From: Pirellulales bacterium
GTDB taxonomy: Bacteria > Planctomycetota > Planctomycetia > Pirellulales > Thermoguttaceae
Direction: 5' to 3'
Assembly: GCA_963838495.1 (NCBI GenBank)
Contig: CAWIRC010000003.1
Location: 24,999-88,998 of the forward strand
DNA: 64,000 bases
Translations under genes and position numbers: made by a program
The notes under the pieces: generated by a model
Seen by the model: only the letters and a program-made list of their open reading frames with translations
Told to the model about the DNA's origin: nothing
Database searches by the model: none
In this document: piece by piece, positions 12,221-21,955 of the stretch
Numbering within the stretch: the first letter of the stretch is position 1
Layout of the letters: each line of letters opens with the position of its first letter

Positions 12221-12377
12221 GATTCGGAGAATTTACAATTACCGATGTAATTATTGTCACACTTATCTTTTTTACGGAATCAAGCAATATACTAGAATCG
12301 CGATCTATCCGCCAGAGGAATAAAAACCGCCAGAATAATCATTCCCGGCGTGTAAGAATTTCATCTTCCCGGCGTTT

Positions 12378-13801
12378 TCAGCCGCCGTTTGCCTTCGAAT
12401 CCTGGGCCGATTGCAATCCGCCCGAGAGCAGCAGGCCCTCCAGGGTCACGGCGCTTAAACGCAGTTGACGCAGGCTTTCCAGATAGGACAAATTCGCCTG
12501 AAAATAAGTGCGCTGGGAAATGAGCAGGGCCTGATAGTTGAATTCCCCTTGTTGATAACCGGCCCGGATCAAATCCAGGGTCTTGGCCGAGTTGGGCAGG
12601 ATGCGTTCGGCGTACTTTTGCGCCTGCTGCCGGGCGTTGGAATATTGCTCGAAGATCGAGGCGAATTTCTGCCGCAGTTCCAGTTCCATCCGGCCGACCT
12701 CATATTGGGCGGCTGTCAACTGCGCCTGGGCCTTGGCGATGTTGCCCTGATTGCGGTTGAAAATCGGCAATGGCACGCCCACTTCCACGGCGGCGATGTT
12801 CTCCCCGATCTCGTTGTTGTAATGCACCGCGGTGCGGAGGTTCACGTTCGGCGTGCGCTCGGCGTATTGCCGGTCGAGGTTGCATCGGGCCCGATCCAGG
12901 CCGGCGCGGGCCTCGGCCAACTGCGGGCTGGCAGACAATACTTGCTGCAAGGATGAGTTCGCGTCAAGCTGCGGCGGGTTGTCTTCCAGTCGACCGACCA
13001 GGACTGCAGGCTCCATTTCCGACGCCCCCAGGACGGCCGTCAGTTGCCGCCACGCCCCTTGATGCCGGTTGCGGGCGTTTTCAAGCTGGATCCGGGCGGC
13101 ATCGGCCTCCACGCCGGCTTGCAACACGTCTACCCGGCTCACTTCCTTGGCGGCAAACAAATTCTCCGCCGTCTTCAAATTCTCGTCGCCGATGCGCACC
13201 AACTGCTCGTTGATATCAATTGTCTGCTGGGCATAGAGCACCTCGTAATAAGCCGAGTGAACGTCGTTGAGCACCCTCAAGATTTGCGATTGCCAGGCCC
13301 ATTGGGCTTGCCTGATCTCTTGAGAGGCGACGGCGCGGTTGAGTTTCAATTTTCCCGCCGTTACGACTTCCTGGCTCACAAATGCCCCTTGCTTGCCCGC
13401 CGTGCCGATGGTGCCCATCTCTTCGCTGGAATAACCGGCCACTGGATTCGGATAAAGCCCCGCTTGCTCAAATTGGCCGTTAGCGGCCCGGATCCTCATT
13501 GCCGCCTGGCATAGAGTGGGATTGCGATTAAGTGCAATCTGTTCCAACTGCGACAAGGATAGCCCCGGATAAGCAACTTCTACGCCCAACGGCGGCTGTT
13601 GCAACGGTGGCACAGTAACGGGCTGCGGACGGGCGATTGAACTGGGGAAATATCCGGCCTTTGCTGCGCGACGGCTTCAGGCATCGTCTGGACCGGAATA
13701 GATATCGACAATGCGTTCTGCGCCTCAACACCGGCTGCACTCAACACCGAAACCGCACAAATCAGTAAAAAAAGGCCGGGCAAAGAGCGCTTCCAAAGCA
13801 T
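12378..13801 (-). pseudogene. TolC-family outer membrane efflux protein, signal peptide in a different frame (1-nt frameshift near 13615-13650)
   Basis: The mature part (12378-13613) has typical OEP repeats (LSLSQLEQIALNRNPTL..). The only signal peptide (MLWKRSLPGLFLLICAVSVLSAAGVEA, ATG 13801) lies in ORF 13580-13819, and the body frame has stops upstream. Confidence 0.8.
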
Positions 13802-14062
13802 ATCGGCAATCCTTTGCACAAGCTAAGTTGCAGGTTTTTTTGACCCGGAGTTGATTAAGATTCGCTTTACCAATCGATCGCCGATTTTGAGTCTTCCGAT
13901 CCTATCAATTATGTCGGAATTAAGTTATGTGAGGCTCAATAGATTACCCTAAGCCGATCTAGGATTTGGGTGGAATAACCGGCATATGTTATCGCGGTTG
14001 CCAAGTTATCCCATATTATCATTATGAGAAATGGCCCATGATTATCATCTGTTTGCGTAAAA

Positions 14063-14344
14063 TCATGGAGCTCGACGTCCGTGGGCGAGAAGATTCAAAA
14101 CCCCCACAAACAACGCGGCGCCGATGATCGACCAAAGAACCGGAAAGTTTTTGCCGCCGATTTGCAGCATGAACGGTTCGGGCAGGCCTATTAACCCTGC
14201 CAACCATGATCCAAACAGCGCCCCGATAAAACCCAGCACAATGCACACCAGGCAGCCGCGGTGAGAATACCCCACGATCGACTGGGCGATTGCGCCGCAT
14301 ATTCCGGCCACAAGCAGCAGGATCAGGAATCCGACGATACCCAT
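14063..14344 (-). CDS. GlsB/YeaQ/YmgE-family stress membrane protein
   Basis: 93-aa, Gly-rich, 3-TM pattern MGIVGFLILLLVAGICGAIA..GFIGALFGSWL. Confidence 0.8.
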   Translation of the reverse strand: MGIVGFLILLLVAGICGAIAQSIVGYSHRGCLVCIVLGFIGALFGSWLAGLIGLPEPFMLQIGGKNFPVLWSIIGAALFVGVLNLLAHGRRAP

Positions 14345-14991
14345 GTTTTATCAACTCGGTTCCTTAAAGATTCGTTTTTTGTATTTTATGCATTACCCCA
14401 TGCATATACCAATAATACACTCAAAATGCTCGTCTTATTATGAAACTTAGTGAACAGCAAACATATTTAATTATTTTGTAGCTATCGATTACGGCAGTCG
14501 AATTATTATACGCGCACCGGGGACCCCTCCATTAAGCGGTCGGAATAAAGCCAACTTCAACCAGGCCTTTCGAATTATTCAGAAAGCCCCTTTTTCTTGT
14601 ACCATCGGGCGCCGCGGCTAGGCCCTGGTCGGCATGGACGGTTGGTCAGGAGAGTGATAGCAGAGGGCAAAATGTCGCTTCATTATTCAACTTCTTAAAT
14701 GCGCCGGATTGTTTCTAAAACGGTCAATGACCGCCGTCAGGATAAAACGGCTTGCACTCCACTTCCGATATATTGGCCAGGCGCTGCAAAAACCGGCCGT
14801 TGCCAGGGTGGTCTCGCGCGTCTCTTGCCCGGCATTCGTCGCCGGAGATTATCGGAGGTTGTATTTTGGGCATCGCAGTTGGTATTATTATACTTTGGCC
14901 GTATCTTTAAAAACGCCCGCTTTTGAGCCACAGCCCAGCCTATATATGCAACCATCTCTTTAAAAACCGTTCCTTGGCAAAAGCAAAAACG

Positions 14992-17589
14992 ATGAAAACT
15001 CTAACTATCCGGGCTCTGCTGACGAGCCTTTTTATTATCGATTTCCTCCCGATTTACGCCTTGGCGGCCGATGAAAACAATTTCGTTGTAGAAATGCAGC
15101 CGACGGCAAATTCTTTCCCTCTGGTTCACAACGGCGAGAGCGCTGTAATCCTTTTCGATGCCGCCGACGCTTCGGTAGTAAAAATCGCGGCCGAGGCACT
15201 GGTTAAGGACATCGCCCTTGTCACCGGCGCTGAACCGGACATTTGCACCAACGGCGAAAAACTTCCAAAGCTGGCCGTCATTATTGGGAGCATGGAAAAA
15301 TCCCGCTTTATCAAGGAATTGTGCAAAGCAAAAAAAATTCCCGCCCACCGGATTCAGGGAAAATGGGAGACGTTCCTCATCGCCGCGGTGGACCAGCCGC
15401 TTAAAGGCGTCGAGCGGGCGCTGGTCATTGCCGGCGGCGATCCCCGGGGCGCGGCCTTCGGCGTTTTCGAACTATCAAAGCGAATCGGCGTTTCGCCCTG
15501 GTATTGGTGGGCCGACGTGCAGCCGGAAAAACGCGAAAGCCTTTTCATCGGTCCCCGCATGATGGTCTCCGGGCCGCCCTCGGTCAAATACCGGGGAATA
15601 TTCCTCAACGACGAAGACTGGGGACTAAAACCCTGGGCAGCCGCAAACATGGACGCCGACGTCAAGGACATCGGGCCGAAAACTTACGCGAAAATATTCG
15701 AACTGCTCTTGCGCCTAAAGGCCAATTTCATCTGGCCGGCCATGCACTCCTGCACCAAGGCCTTTTATTATTACAAGGATAATCCGATAGTCGCCGACCG
15801 CTACGCCATCGTGGTCGGATCGAGCCACTGCGAACCCATGCTGCGGAACAACGTCAACGAATGGAGCCATAACTTCAAGAACGAGTATGGCAAGGCGCCG
15901 GGTGCGTGGCGCTACGACACCAACGAAGAAGAAATTTACCGCTACTGGGACGACCGCGCGGCCGAGTCGGCCGGGTACGAATCGGTCTACACCATGGGAA
16001 TGCGGGGGATTCACGATTCGGATATGCCCGGCCCAAAAGATGATAAGCAAAAAATCGAACTACTCAACAAAGTCATAGCCGACCAGCGGAAAATTCTGGC
16101 CTCCAGGCTGCAAAAACCCATCGAGCAGATCCCGCAGATCTTTTGTCCATACAAGGAGGTTTTACTCTTGTATCAGAAGGGCATCGATTTGCCCGACGAC
16201 GTGACCATCGTCTGGGCCGACGACAACCACGGCTATATCCGCCAACTATCGACTCCCCAGGAGCAACTCCGCTCCGGCCGTAGCGGCGTGTATTATCACC
16301 TCTCCTACTACGGCGCGCCGAGCGATTATCTATGGCTTTCTTCGATATCGCCGGAACTGATCTCTTATGAGATGACAAAAGCATACGAGTTCGGCGCCGA
16401 CCGGCTGTGGGTATTCAACGTCGGCGACCTGAAGCCCGCCGAGGCCGAGCTCCAATTCGCCATGGATTTGGCCTGGGATGTAAAGCAATGGCCGCCGGAA
16501 AAGGCCCATCAGTATATCGAGCACTGGGCCGCCGAGACCTTCGGGCCGGATTTTGCCCGGCCCATCGCGAAAATAAAAAGCGAGTACTATCGCCTGGCTC
16601 AAACCGGCAAGCCCGAGCATCTGGATCTAATCACCTTCACCCGCGATGAGGCCCAAAACCGCTTGAAGGCGTACCAAAAGATCGCCGCCGAAGCGACCGA
16701 GCTTGCCCAAAAAATGCCCGACCGGCTCAAAGACGCCTATTTTGAATTGATTTTGTATCCCACGCTCTGCGCATGCCGCATGAACGAGAAATTCATTTAC
16801 GCCGCGATGAGCAACGATCCGAAATCGAGCGGGGGCGACTCGGCCGGCGAGTATGCGAAAAAGGCGCAATTCGCTTTTTCCGAAATCCAGAGGCTCACTA
16901 AAGTCTACAACCAGGAAACGGCCGGCGGAAAATGGAACAAGATGATGGATTGGAAACCGCGCAACCGGCCGGTGTTCCGCATGCCCCAGGTTTCCGAATC
17001 GTCCAATGCCATACTCCCCTCTCCTTCTGGGAGAGGGGCCGGGGGTGAGGGCGCTGCGGTTAAGGAAGCTTTTCGGCAGGATTCGCCGCTGGCCGTTATC
17101 AATGCCGCCGATCTAAATCTCCCCTCTCCGGGCACCGAACGAAGTTTGGTCGGGAGAGGGGCAGGGGGTGAGGGCGCAAAAGGGGAGCCGAACATCCGAT
17201 TGATTGATGGCCTTGGCGTAAGCGGTTCAAGCATCACACTGCTTCCTTTCACAACCCCCAGCATATCGGACGACAATGTCGCCCAAGCCCCGTTTGCCGA
17301 ATATGAAGTAAAACTTCCGGCAGGACAACGAATCATCGAAGTAATTTGCACCCCCACCGAACGAATCCACGAAGGCCGCGGCCTGCACTACGCCATATCC
17401 ATCGGGGACGGCCCGCCCACAATCGTGAACGTCCACTCCGCCGCCGAAACACCCCAATGGAATAAAAATGTTATCCGTGGTTACGCGGTTGGCAAATCTA
17501 CCTATAATCTCGATAATGAAGGACCGGTAAAACTTCGCCTTTCCCTGCTCGATCCGGGCTTGCTCGTCAGTCAAATCAGAATTTACTAA
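14992..17589 (+). CDS. glycoside hydrolase family 115 protein (alpha-glucuronidase-like), secreted
   Basis: Motifs GVSPWYWWADV, YRGIFLNDEDWGLKPWA, KANFIWPAMH, SSHCEPMLRNN, GMRGIHDS, YYHLSYYGAPSDYLWLSSISP. A signal peptide follows the ATG at 14992. Two REP copies are read through in frame before the C-terminal beta-sandwich domain. Confidence 0.88.
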   Translation: MKTLTIRALLTSLFIIDFLPIYALAADENNFVVEMQPTANSFPLVHNGESAVILFDAADASVVKIAAEALVKDIALVTGAEPDICTNGEKLPKLAVIIGSMEKSRFIKELCKAKKIPAHRIQGKWETFLIAAVDQPLKGVERALVIAGGDPRGAAFGVFELSKRIGVSPWYWWADVQPEKRESLFIGPRMMVSGPPSVKYRGIFLNDEDWGLKPWAAANMDADVKDIGPKTYAKIFELLLRLKANFIWPAMHSCTKAFYYYKDNPIVADRYAIVVGSSHCEPMLRNNVNEWSHNFKNEYGKAPGAWRYDTNEEEIYRYWDDRAAESAGYESVYTMGMRGIHDSDMPGPKDDKQKIELLNKVIADQRKILASRLQKPIEQIPQIFCPYKEVLLLYQKGIDLPDDVTIVWADDNHGYIRQLSTPQEQLRSGRSGVYYHLSYYGAPSDYLWLSSISPELISYEMTKAYEFGADRLWVFNVGDLKPAEAELQFAMDLAWDVKQWPPEKAHQYIEHWAAETFGPDFARPIAKIKSEYYRLAQTGKPEHLDLITFTRDEAQNRLKAYQKIAAEATELAQKMPDRLKDAYFELILYPTLCACRMNEKFIYAAMSNDPKSSGGDSAGEYAKKAQFAFSEIQRLTKVYNQETAGGKWNKMMDWKPRNRPVFRMPQVSESSNAILPSPSGRGAGGEGAAVKEAFRQDSPLAVINAADLNLPSPGTERSLVGRGAGGEGAKGEPNIRLIDGLGVSGSSITLLPFTTPSISDDNVAQAPFAEYEVKLPAGQRIIEVICTPTERIHEGRGLHYAISIGDGPPTIVNVHSAAETPQWNKNVIRGYAVGKSTYNLDNEGPVKLRLSLLDPGLLVSQIRIY
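17016..17052 (+). repeat. REP element, short-loop form, inside the GH115 CDS
   Basis: cccctctccttctgggagaggggccgggggtgagggc, translated as LPSPSGRGAGGEGA. Confidence 0.85.
17121..17175 (+). repeat. REP element, 55-nt form, inside the GH115 CDS
   Basis: cccctctccgggcaccgaacgaagtttggtcgggagaggggcagggggtgagggc, translated as LPSPGTERSLVGRGAGGEGA. Confidence 0.85.
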
Positions 17590-17652
17590 AATGAAGCCTG
17601 CCATGATGAACATCAAACACTTAAAAATAAAATAAGGGGCTCCACAAAACCT

Positions 17653-17707
17653 CCCCTCTCCGGGCACCGAACGGAGTATGGTCGGGAGAAGGGCAGGGGG
17701 TGAGGGC
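17653..17707 (+). repeat. REP element, 55-nt form, intergenic
   Basis: cccctctccgggcaccgaacggagtatggtcgggagaagggcagggggtgagggc, 64 nt after the GH115 stop. Confidence 0.85.
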
Positions 17708-17756
17708 ATTTATAAAGGTTTTGTTAACAATCCTAATTTAATCAAAGGAGACTACT

Positions 17757-18350
17757 ATGAAAAAAACTTCCCAAATTTGGTTGTACCGGGCGGCATGGTG
17801 TTTGGCGATTGCCGTCGGCGGCTGCGGCGGCAAGGCCATAGTGCCCTCTTCCTACAGCACGTTCACCGACGAGCTGAATGTCTTTACAATCCAATATCCG
17901 GACGGATGGTCTGCCGATGGCGGAGGCCAGAAGGATTATTCCTGGGCCAAGTTCTCCTCCGGCAGCGCCCAGATCGAAGTGGATTCCGATCTGGCCACGC
18001 GCGTGCTGCTGAGCCAGATCGCCGTAACCGGCCAAGTTCCCTCGACCAGGCTGGGGTCTTTTGATTCCGGGAAGGCCGCGGACAAAGCCCACTGGCTGGA
18101 AACAAAACAATTCACCGATGAAAGGGCCGTCAAGGAGGAAAAACCGGTGCGGGTGCAAATGAAATTGGGCGACGGATTGAAATCCGAGTTTACCGGCTCA
18201 TCCGCCTTCGGCACCGAATTCCGCGGATACCGGGCGACCGGCATGCTCGATAACAAGCGAGTCCGCATCGTCTGCCAGTGCCCGGCCGACCAGTGGGAAA
18301 CCCTGAAACCGGTTTTCGATAAAGTGATTTCCAGCCTGGATGGAAAGTGA
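17757..18350 (+). CDS. hypothetical lipoprotein
   Basis: Lipobox AVGGC follows a hydrophobic leader. AAAGGAG lies 8 nt upstream of the ATG. I recognise no family. Confidence 0.65.
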   Translation: MKKTSQIWLYRAAWCLAIAVGGCGGKAIVPSSYSTFTDELNVFTIQYPDGWSADGGGQKDYSWAKFSSGSAQIEVDSDLATRVLLSQIAVTGQVPSTRLGSFDSGKAADKAHWLETKQFTDERAVKEEKPVRVQMKLGDGLKSEFTGSSAFGTEFRGYRATGMLDNKRVRIVCQCPADQWETLKPVFDKVISSLDGK

Positions 18351-18734
18351 TTTAAGCGGCTTTCATAATTCAGGGATCCGTATCGATTGTAACAAAAACG
18401 TCAGCCGCTCGCGTGCCGCTGGCTTTGCCACTGCGGCGCCTGGAGCACACATCGCATTTATTTAATGCGAAAACTCATAAGAACGGAAATACGTCGGTTT
18501 TAGTCAATTCATTCCCGATTTCGCGCTTTCGACATTTCGTAGTCAGTATTCAAAAATGTTTAAAAATAGATTAGCTTAAAGAAAAAAAGTCGGCAGATGT
18601 TACCGGCCCTTGTTCAAGAAGCCCCCCCTTTCCCTATGCGGTAAAATGACGTAGAAATGGAAAATCGTATGAATCCTTGGTTATCGCTATTATTGCGGCC
18701 GTCGGCGCCGGGCGTCTTTTAAAAGGAGATCCGA

Positions 18735-19205
18735 ATGAAAGGTAATGCCGAAGTTATTAAAAAGCTCGATCAGTTATTGGCCGAGGAACTTACGGCCATC
18801 AATCAATACGTGGTCCACGCTGAGATGTGCGCAAACTGGGGCTACGACCGCCTGCACGAGGCCATCGAAAACCGGGCCAAGCAGGAAATGAAACACGCGG
18901 AAAAACTCATCGAGCGAATAATTTTTCTTGAAGGCGCCCCCACGGTCAGCAAGCTCAATCCGATCCACATCGGCCAGGAAGTGCCCAAGCAATTTCAATC
19001 GGACCTGGAGTCGGAACACAACGCCGTCCGCTTGTACAACGAGGCCATCCACATAGCCGACCAGGCCAACGACGCCGCCACCCGGGACATTTTGGAATCG
19101 ATCCTCAACGACGAAGATCGTCACGTCAACTGGCTCGAGGAACAGCAGGACCAGATCGCACAGATGGGTGCGCAGTTGTACCTGGCCCAACAGATCGGCG
19201 AATAG
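18735..19205 (+). CDS. bfr: bacterioferritin
   Basis: MKGNAEVIKKLDQLLAEELTAINQYVVHAEMC..EMKHAEKLIERIIFLEG (ferroxidase ligands and heme Met context), 156 aa, with AAGGAG as RBS. Confidence 0.93.
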   Translation: MKGNAEVIKKLDQLLAEELTAINQYVVHAEMCANWGYDRLHEAIENRAKQEMKHAEKLIERIIFLEGAPTVSKLNPIHIGQEVPKQFQSDLESEHNAVRLYNEAIHIADQANDAATRDILESILNDEDRHVNWLEEQQDQIAQMGAQLYLAQQIGE

Positions 19206-19211
19206 GCGGTT

Positions 19212-19598
19212 TCAGGCTAAAATCATGGGCAGGGGTTTTAGTTCGCGTTTTAGCGGGTCCAGCGCCAGGCCCAGTGCTTCCAGGGTGAACGCGCCTAAAA
19301 GCGTATGGTCGCCCTTTTCGCCGAAGATCACGTCAGCCACTCCAACTTGATCTTTGTACTTGAAAAAAGCCCCGCCTTTCTTGCGTGTGATTTTCGATCC
19401 GTCGGCCAGGCGGAAAGATTGTTCCGAAATTGGTTTAATGCCCAACTTTTTCAAAATCGATGCGGGCACAACGGAATAAATCGTCCCGGAATCGATAAGG
19501 AATTCCACTGGCTGCGTAATCTTGGGTTTGGCCGGATTACCCACATTGATTTCAAGAACGGTTAAGCCCATAAATATGCTCCCTTTACTTTTGCTCAT
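19212..19598 (-). CDS. retropepsin-like (clan AA) aspartic protease
   Basis: FLIDSGT active-site motif with a LLG..LEALGL flap/dimer pattern, 128 aa. Confidence 0.7.
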   Translation of the reverse strand: MSKSKGSIFMGLTVLEINVGNPAKPKITQPVEFLIDSGTIYSVVPASILKKLGIKPISEQSFRLADGSKITRKKGGAFFKYKDQVGVADVIFGEKGDHTLLGAFTLEALGLALDPLKRELKPLPMILA

Positions 19599-19679
19599 TA
19601 TATTGTAGCATACCTACCCAGAAATGAGAATTGGCAATTACCATTGCGTTACGAAGCTATTGCAGTGAGGGCAAGTCCG

Positions 19680-20495
19680 ATGAGCGAATACCAATTCATC
19701 CATTTCCTGGCGATTGACAAGCCGTTAAATGATAAACAGTTGGCTTTCATGCGCCGTCAGTCAACTCGGGCCGAGATTACCGAGTGGGAGTTCACGAACG
19801 AGTACACTTTCGGCGACTTTCACGGCAATGCAAAAGAAATGTTGCGGCGCGGATTCGATATCCATTTGCATTATGCCAACTTCGGCATCCGGCGATTGAT
19901 GATTCGCTTGCCAAGCGGACTTCCGTGCGATCGCCGCATGTCCAACAAATTCCAGGTCGACGATTGCGTGGAATGGATCGCCGACAAAAAAGGTAAAGGC
20001 GGCATTCTGGATATTTACCCGGAGGCAGATGCGGGAACATACGAAGAAGAGATTTTTGACGTTGACACATTGCTCCATAAACTCGTTCCGATCCGCAACT
20101 TATTGATCAACGGCGATTTGCGGCCTCTTTACATTGCCTGGCTGGCATGCAACTACGACGAGAAGTCGATGGAGCCGCCCGTGCCGGCTGGATTGGGGAA
20201 GTTGACGCGAGAACTAAAGGCGTTGGCTGAATTCTACGAACTGGACAAAAAATTTCTCGCGGCAGCCGCAAAGCGGTCGCCGCCGCTGGGCAAAGCATCC
20301 GATATCGGCGATACAATAAAAGATTGGATTGCCAAGCAATCGCAAAAAGACCTGCGCACACTTGTAGGGAAGTTTTTAATGAATGAAGCAGCCGAGATTC
20401 GCGCTAAAACGCTGTCTCGCATCCGTGAACAAATGGGGGCAGTGACCTGGCCAACCGCGGAACCGACACGCACTTGGGCTCAGTTGCGCAATTAA
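19680..20495 (+). CDS. hypothetical protein, unknown family
   Basis: 272-aa ORF from the ATG at 19680, with coding-like composition. It is divergent from the retropepsin gene. Confidence 0.6.
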   Translation: MSEYQFIHFLAIDKPLNDKQLAFMRRQSTRAEITEWEFTNEYTFGDFHGNAKEMLRRGFDIHLHYANFGIRRLMIRLPSGLPCDRRMSNKFQVDDCVEWIADKKGKGGILDIYPEADAGTYEEEIFDVDTLLHKLVPIRNLLINGDLRPLYIAWLACNYDEKSMEPPVPAGLGKLTRELKALAEFYELDKKFLAAAAKRSPPLGKASDIGDTIKDWIAKQSQKDLRTLVGKFLMNEAAEIRAKTLSRIREQMGAVTWPTAEPTRTWAQLRN

Positions 20496-20769
20496 ATAAT
20501 CAAGCCTCGAAAAAATAGATCATAAAAGAACGAAAAAACACGGCAACACAAGCACAGCAATGTCACCATTTAGTTGATAATCTTCAAACGATTAGCACAT
20601 CACAACAACACTGCTGGGCAAGCAAGCAGTGACACCCAGGCGAGTGCAGCCTCCACTCTCATTAGGTGGGGATTGCTGGATGATGAGATTTTTGCTATCT
20701 TGGGGTAGTTCTTGGTGTGCTTGTTCGAAGGTTCTTTCGCGATATTCCTGTTTTCGAAAAGGTAACATC

Positions 20770-21105
20770 ATGGAATCTGACAAAACTCCTGAGAAACCGA
20801 AATCCAACTCCCCTCCCTGGTCAGAACCCGGCTTGCTCCCGTTCCTCGGTCTCTTTATTCTACTTGTTCTACCGTGTACTGTTGGCGTTGGGTGCTGCTA
20901 TGTTTTTAAGATATCTTACTGGTGGACGTTGCTGATTGGGTTTGGCATATCCTGTTTCTTCTCATTGATTATTGATGTGATTATCCGCTATTGTTATCCT
21001 TCTTACTATTCATATTTTTATAGGTCTAGTGGATCAGGAATTGGGGAGCCAGTTTGTTCTCGTTGCGGTGCTCGACAGTCGAGTTGTATGTGTGGCCAGG
21101 GGTGA
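20770..21105 (+). CDS. small membrane protein with Cys-rich tail (hypothetical)
   Basis: Two predicted TM helices followed by GEPVCSRCGARQSSCMCGQG, in an AT-rich context. Confidence 0.45.
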   Translation: MESDKTPEKPKSNSPPWSEPGLLPFLGLFILLVLPCTVGVGCCYVFKISYWWTLLIGFGISCFFSLIIDVIIRYCYPSYYSYFYRSSGSGIGEPVCSRCGARQSSCMCGQG

Positions 21106-21518
21106 ATAAGTCTGCAGTATCACTTTCTACAGTTTGGCTAAGTACCATAGTCCAGTTTCCGCCGGGTGCCACTTTACGCCGTTAACCTTTTTTGATAATC
21201 AATTTTAAGTTGTAGTGCCAGCCGCCGGGTGCCACTTCTGGCTTGTCCAGCAGTGATTTTCAATTCACTTCTTTGACTTTTCCTAGGCCGGATTCCTCAA
21301 TTTTCCCGATTAATTTTTTGTTTGAAATTAAGCCAGTCATTTTGTTGCACTCCAATCCTTGAATACCAACCTCACACTGCACTGGCAGAGCCAGTGGCAC
21401 GCGCTTTGCTCAGAATGACGCTTTAGAACTCTGAATAACGCTTCAGCACTCAGAGTTATGCTGCGTTCAGAATGACAGCCGGGTTTTCATGGCCGAAGCG
21501 CATGTCTCATGAAATTGA

Positions 21519-21609
21519 AAACTGTTTACAGTAAACTGTGAACAGTAAACAATGTACGAAGTACGAAGTACGAAGTACTGAATGCTGATCGCTGAAAGCC
21601 GACCGCTAA
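21519..21609. repeat. heptad-periodic array, 13 units in one phase
   Basis: aaactgt ttacagt aaactgt gaacagt aaacaat gtacgaa gtacgaa gtacgaa gtactga atgctga tcgctga aagccga ccgctaa. Confidence 0.85.
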
Positions 21610-21624
21610 ATTACAAGAAAAAAA

Positions 21625-21731
21625 TCCGGCGACACCTACTCTTGCGCTTTTGGCACTAGCAATCGGCTCCGAAAGCTTAACTACCGTGTTCCCAGTGGGA
21701 ACGGATGTGGTATTTCGAAAATCGTCACCGG
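21625..21731 (-). ncRNA. orphan divergent 5S rRNA-like gene (copy A)
   Basis: Aligns end to end with the genuine 5S. It shares with copy B the clustered changes CCCAUUCCGAAC>CCCACUGGGAAC and GAUGGUAGUG>GAUUGCUAGUG, and has 4 further substitutions. The T-run is retained. Confidence 0.75.
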
Positions 21732-21955
21732 AAAGGAGTGCGGCGATCGATTAAGACCTGGGTGTTTTGGTTTCAGTGCGCTGGATGTACTGCTGGGCAA
21801 GCCAGCATTAGCACTCGGCGTAAAGTGGCGTCCGGCACAAAAAAATTCCAATATTTTTCTATTTCCGACGAATTACGCTTATATGTCGCATACAAACAAG
21901 ACGCTTGAGATTTTTATATTTGCAATCTTTTTGGTATCTTTTTGAGGGAATCATT

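Noticed and set aside
12221-12377. Possible Mg2+ (M-box) riboswitch in the mgtA leader.
   Set aside because: The spacer is only ~157 nt and must also hold the terminator-like hairpin of the upstream OMP gene. I could not recognise conserved M-box segments by eye. An Rfam scan would settle it.
14724-14873. A 49-codon minus-strand ORF (MPKIQPPIISGDECRARDARDHPGNGRFLQRLANISEVECKPFYPDGGH) in the long spacer before GH115.
   Set aside because: It has no ribosome-binding site, I recognise no family, and it is below the ORF-track cutoff. The evidence is insufficient.
18351-18734. A Fur box or a bfd gene upstream of bacterioferritin.
   Set aside because: Only weak A/T-rich resemblance to the Fur consensus is present, and there is no ORF with a 2Fe-2S Cys pattern.
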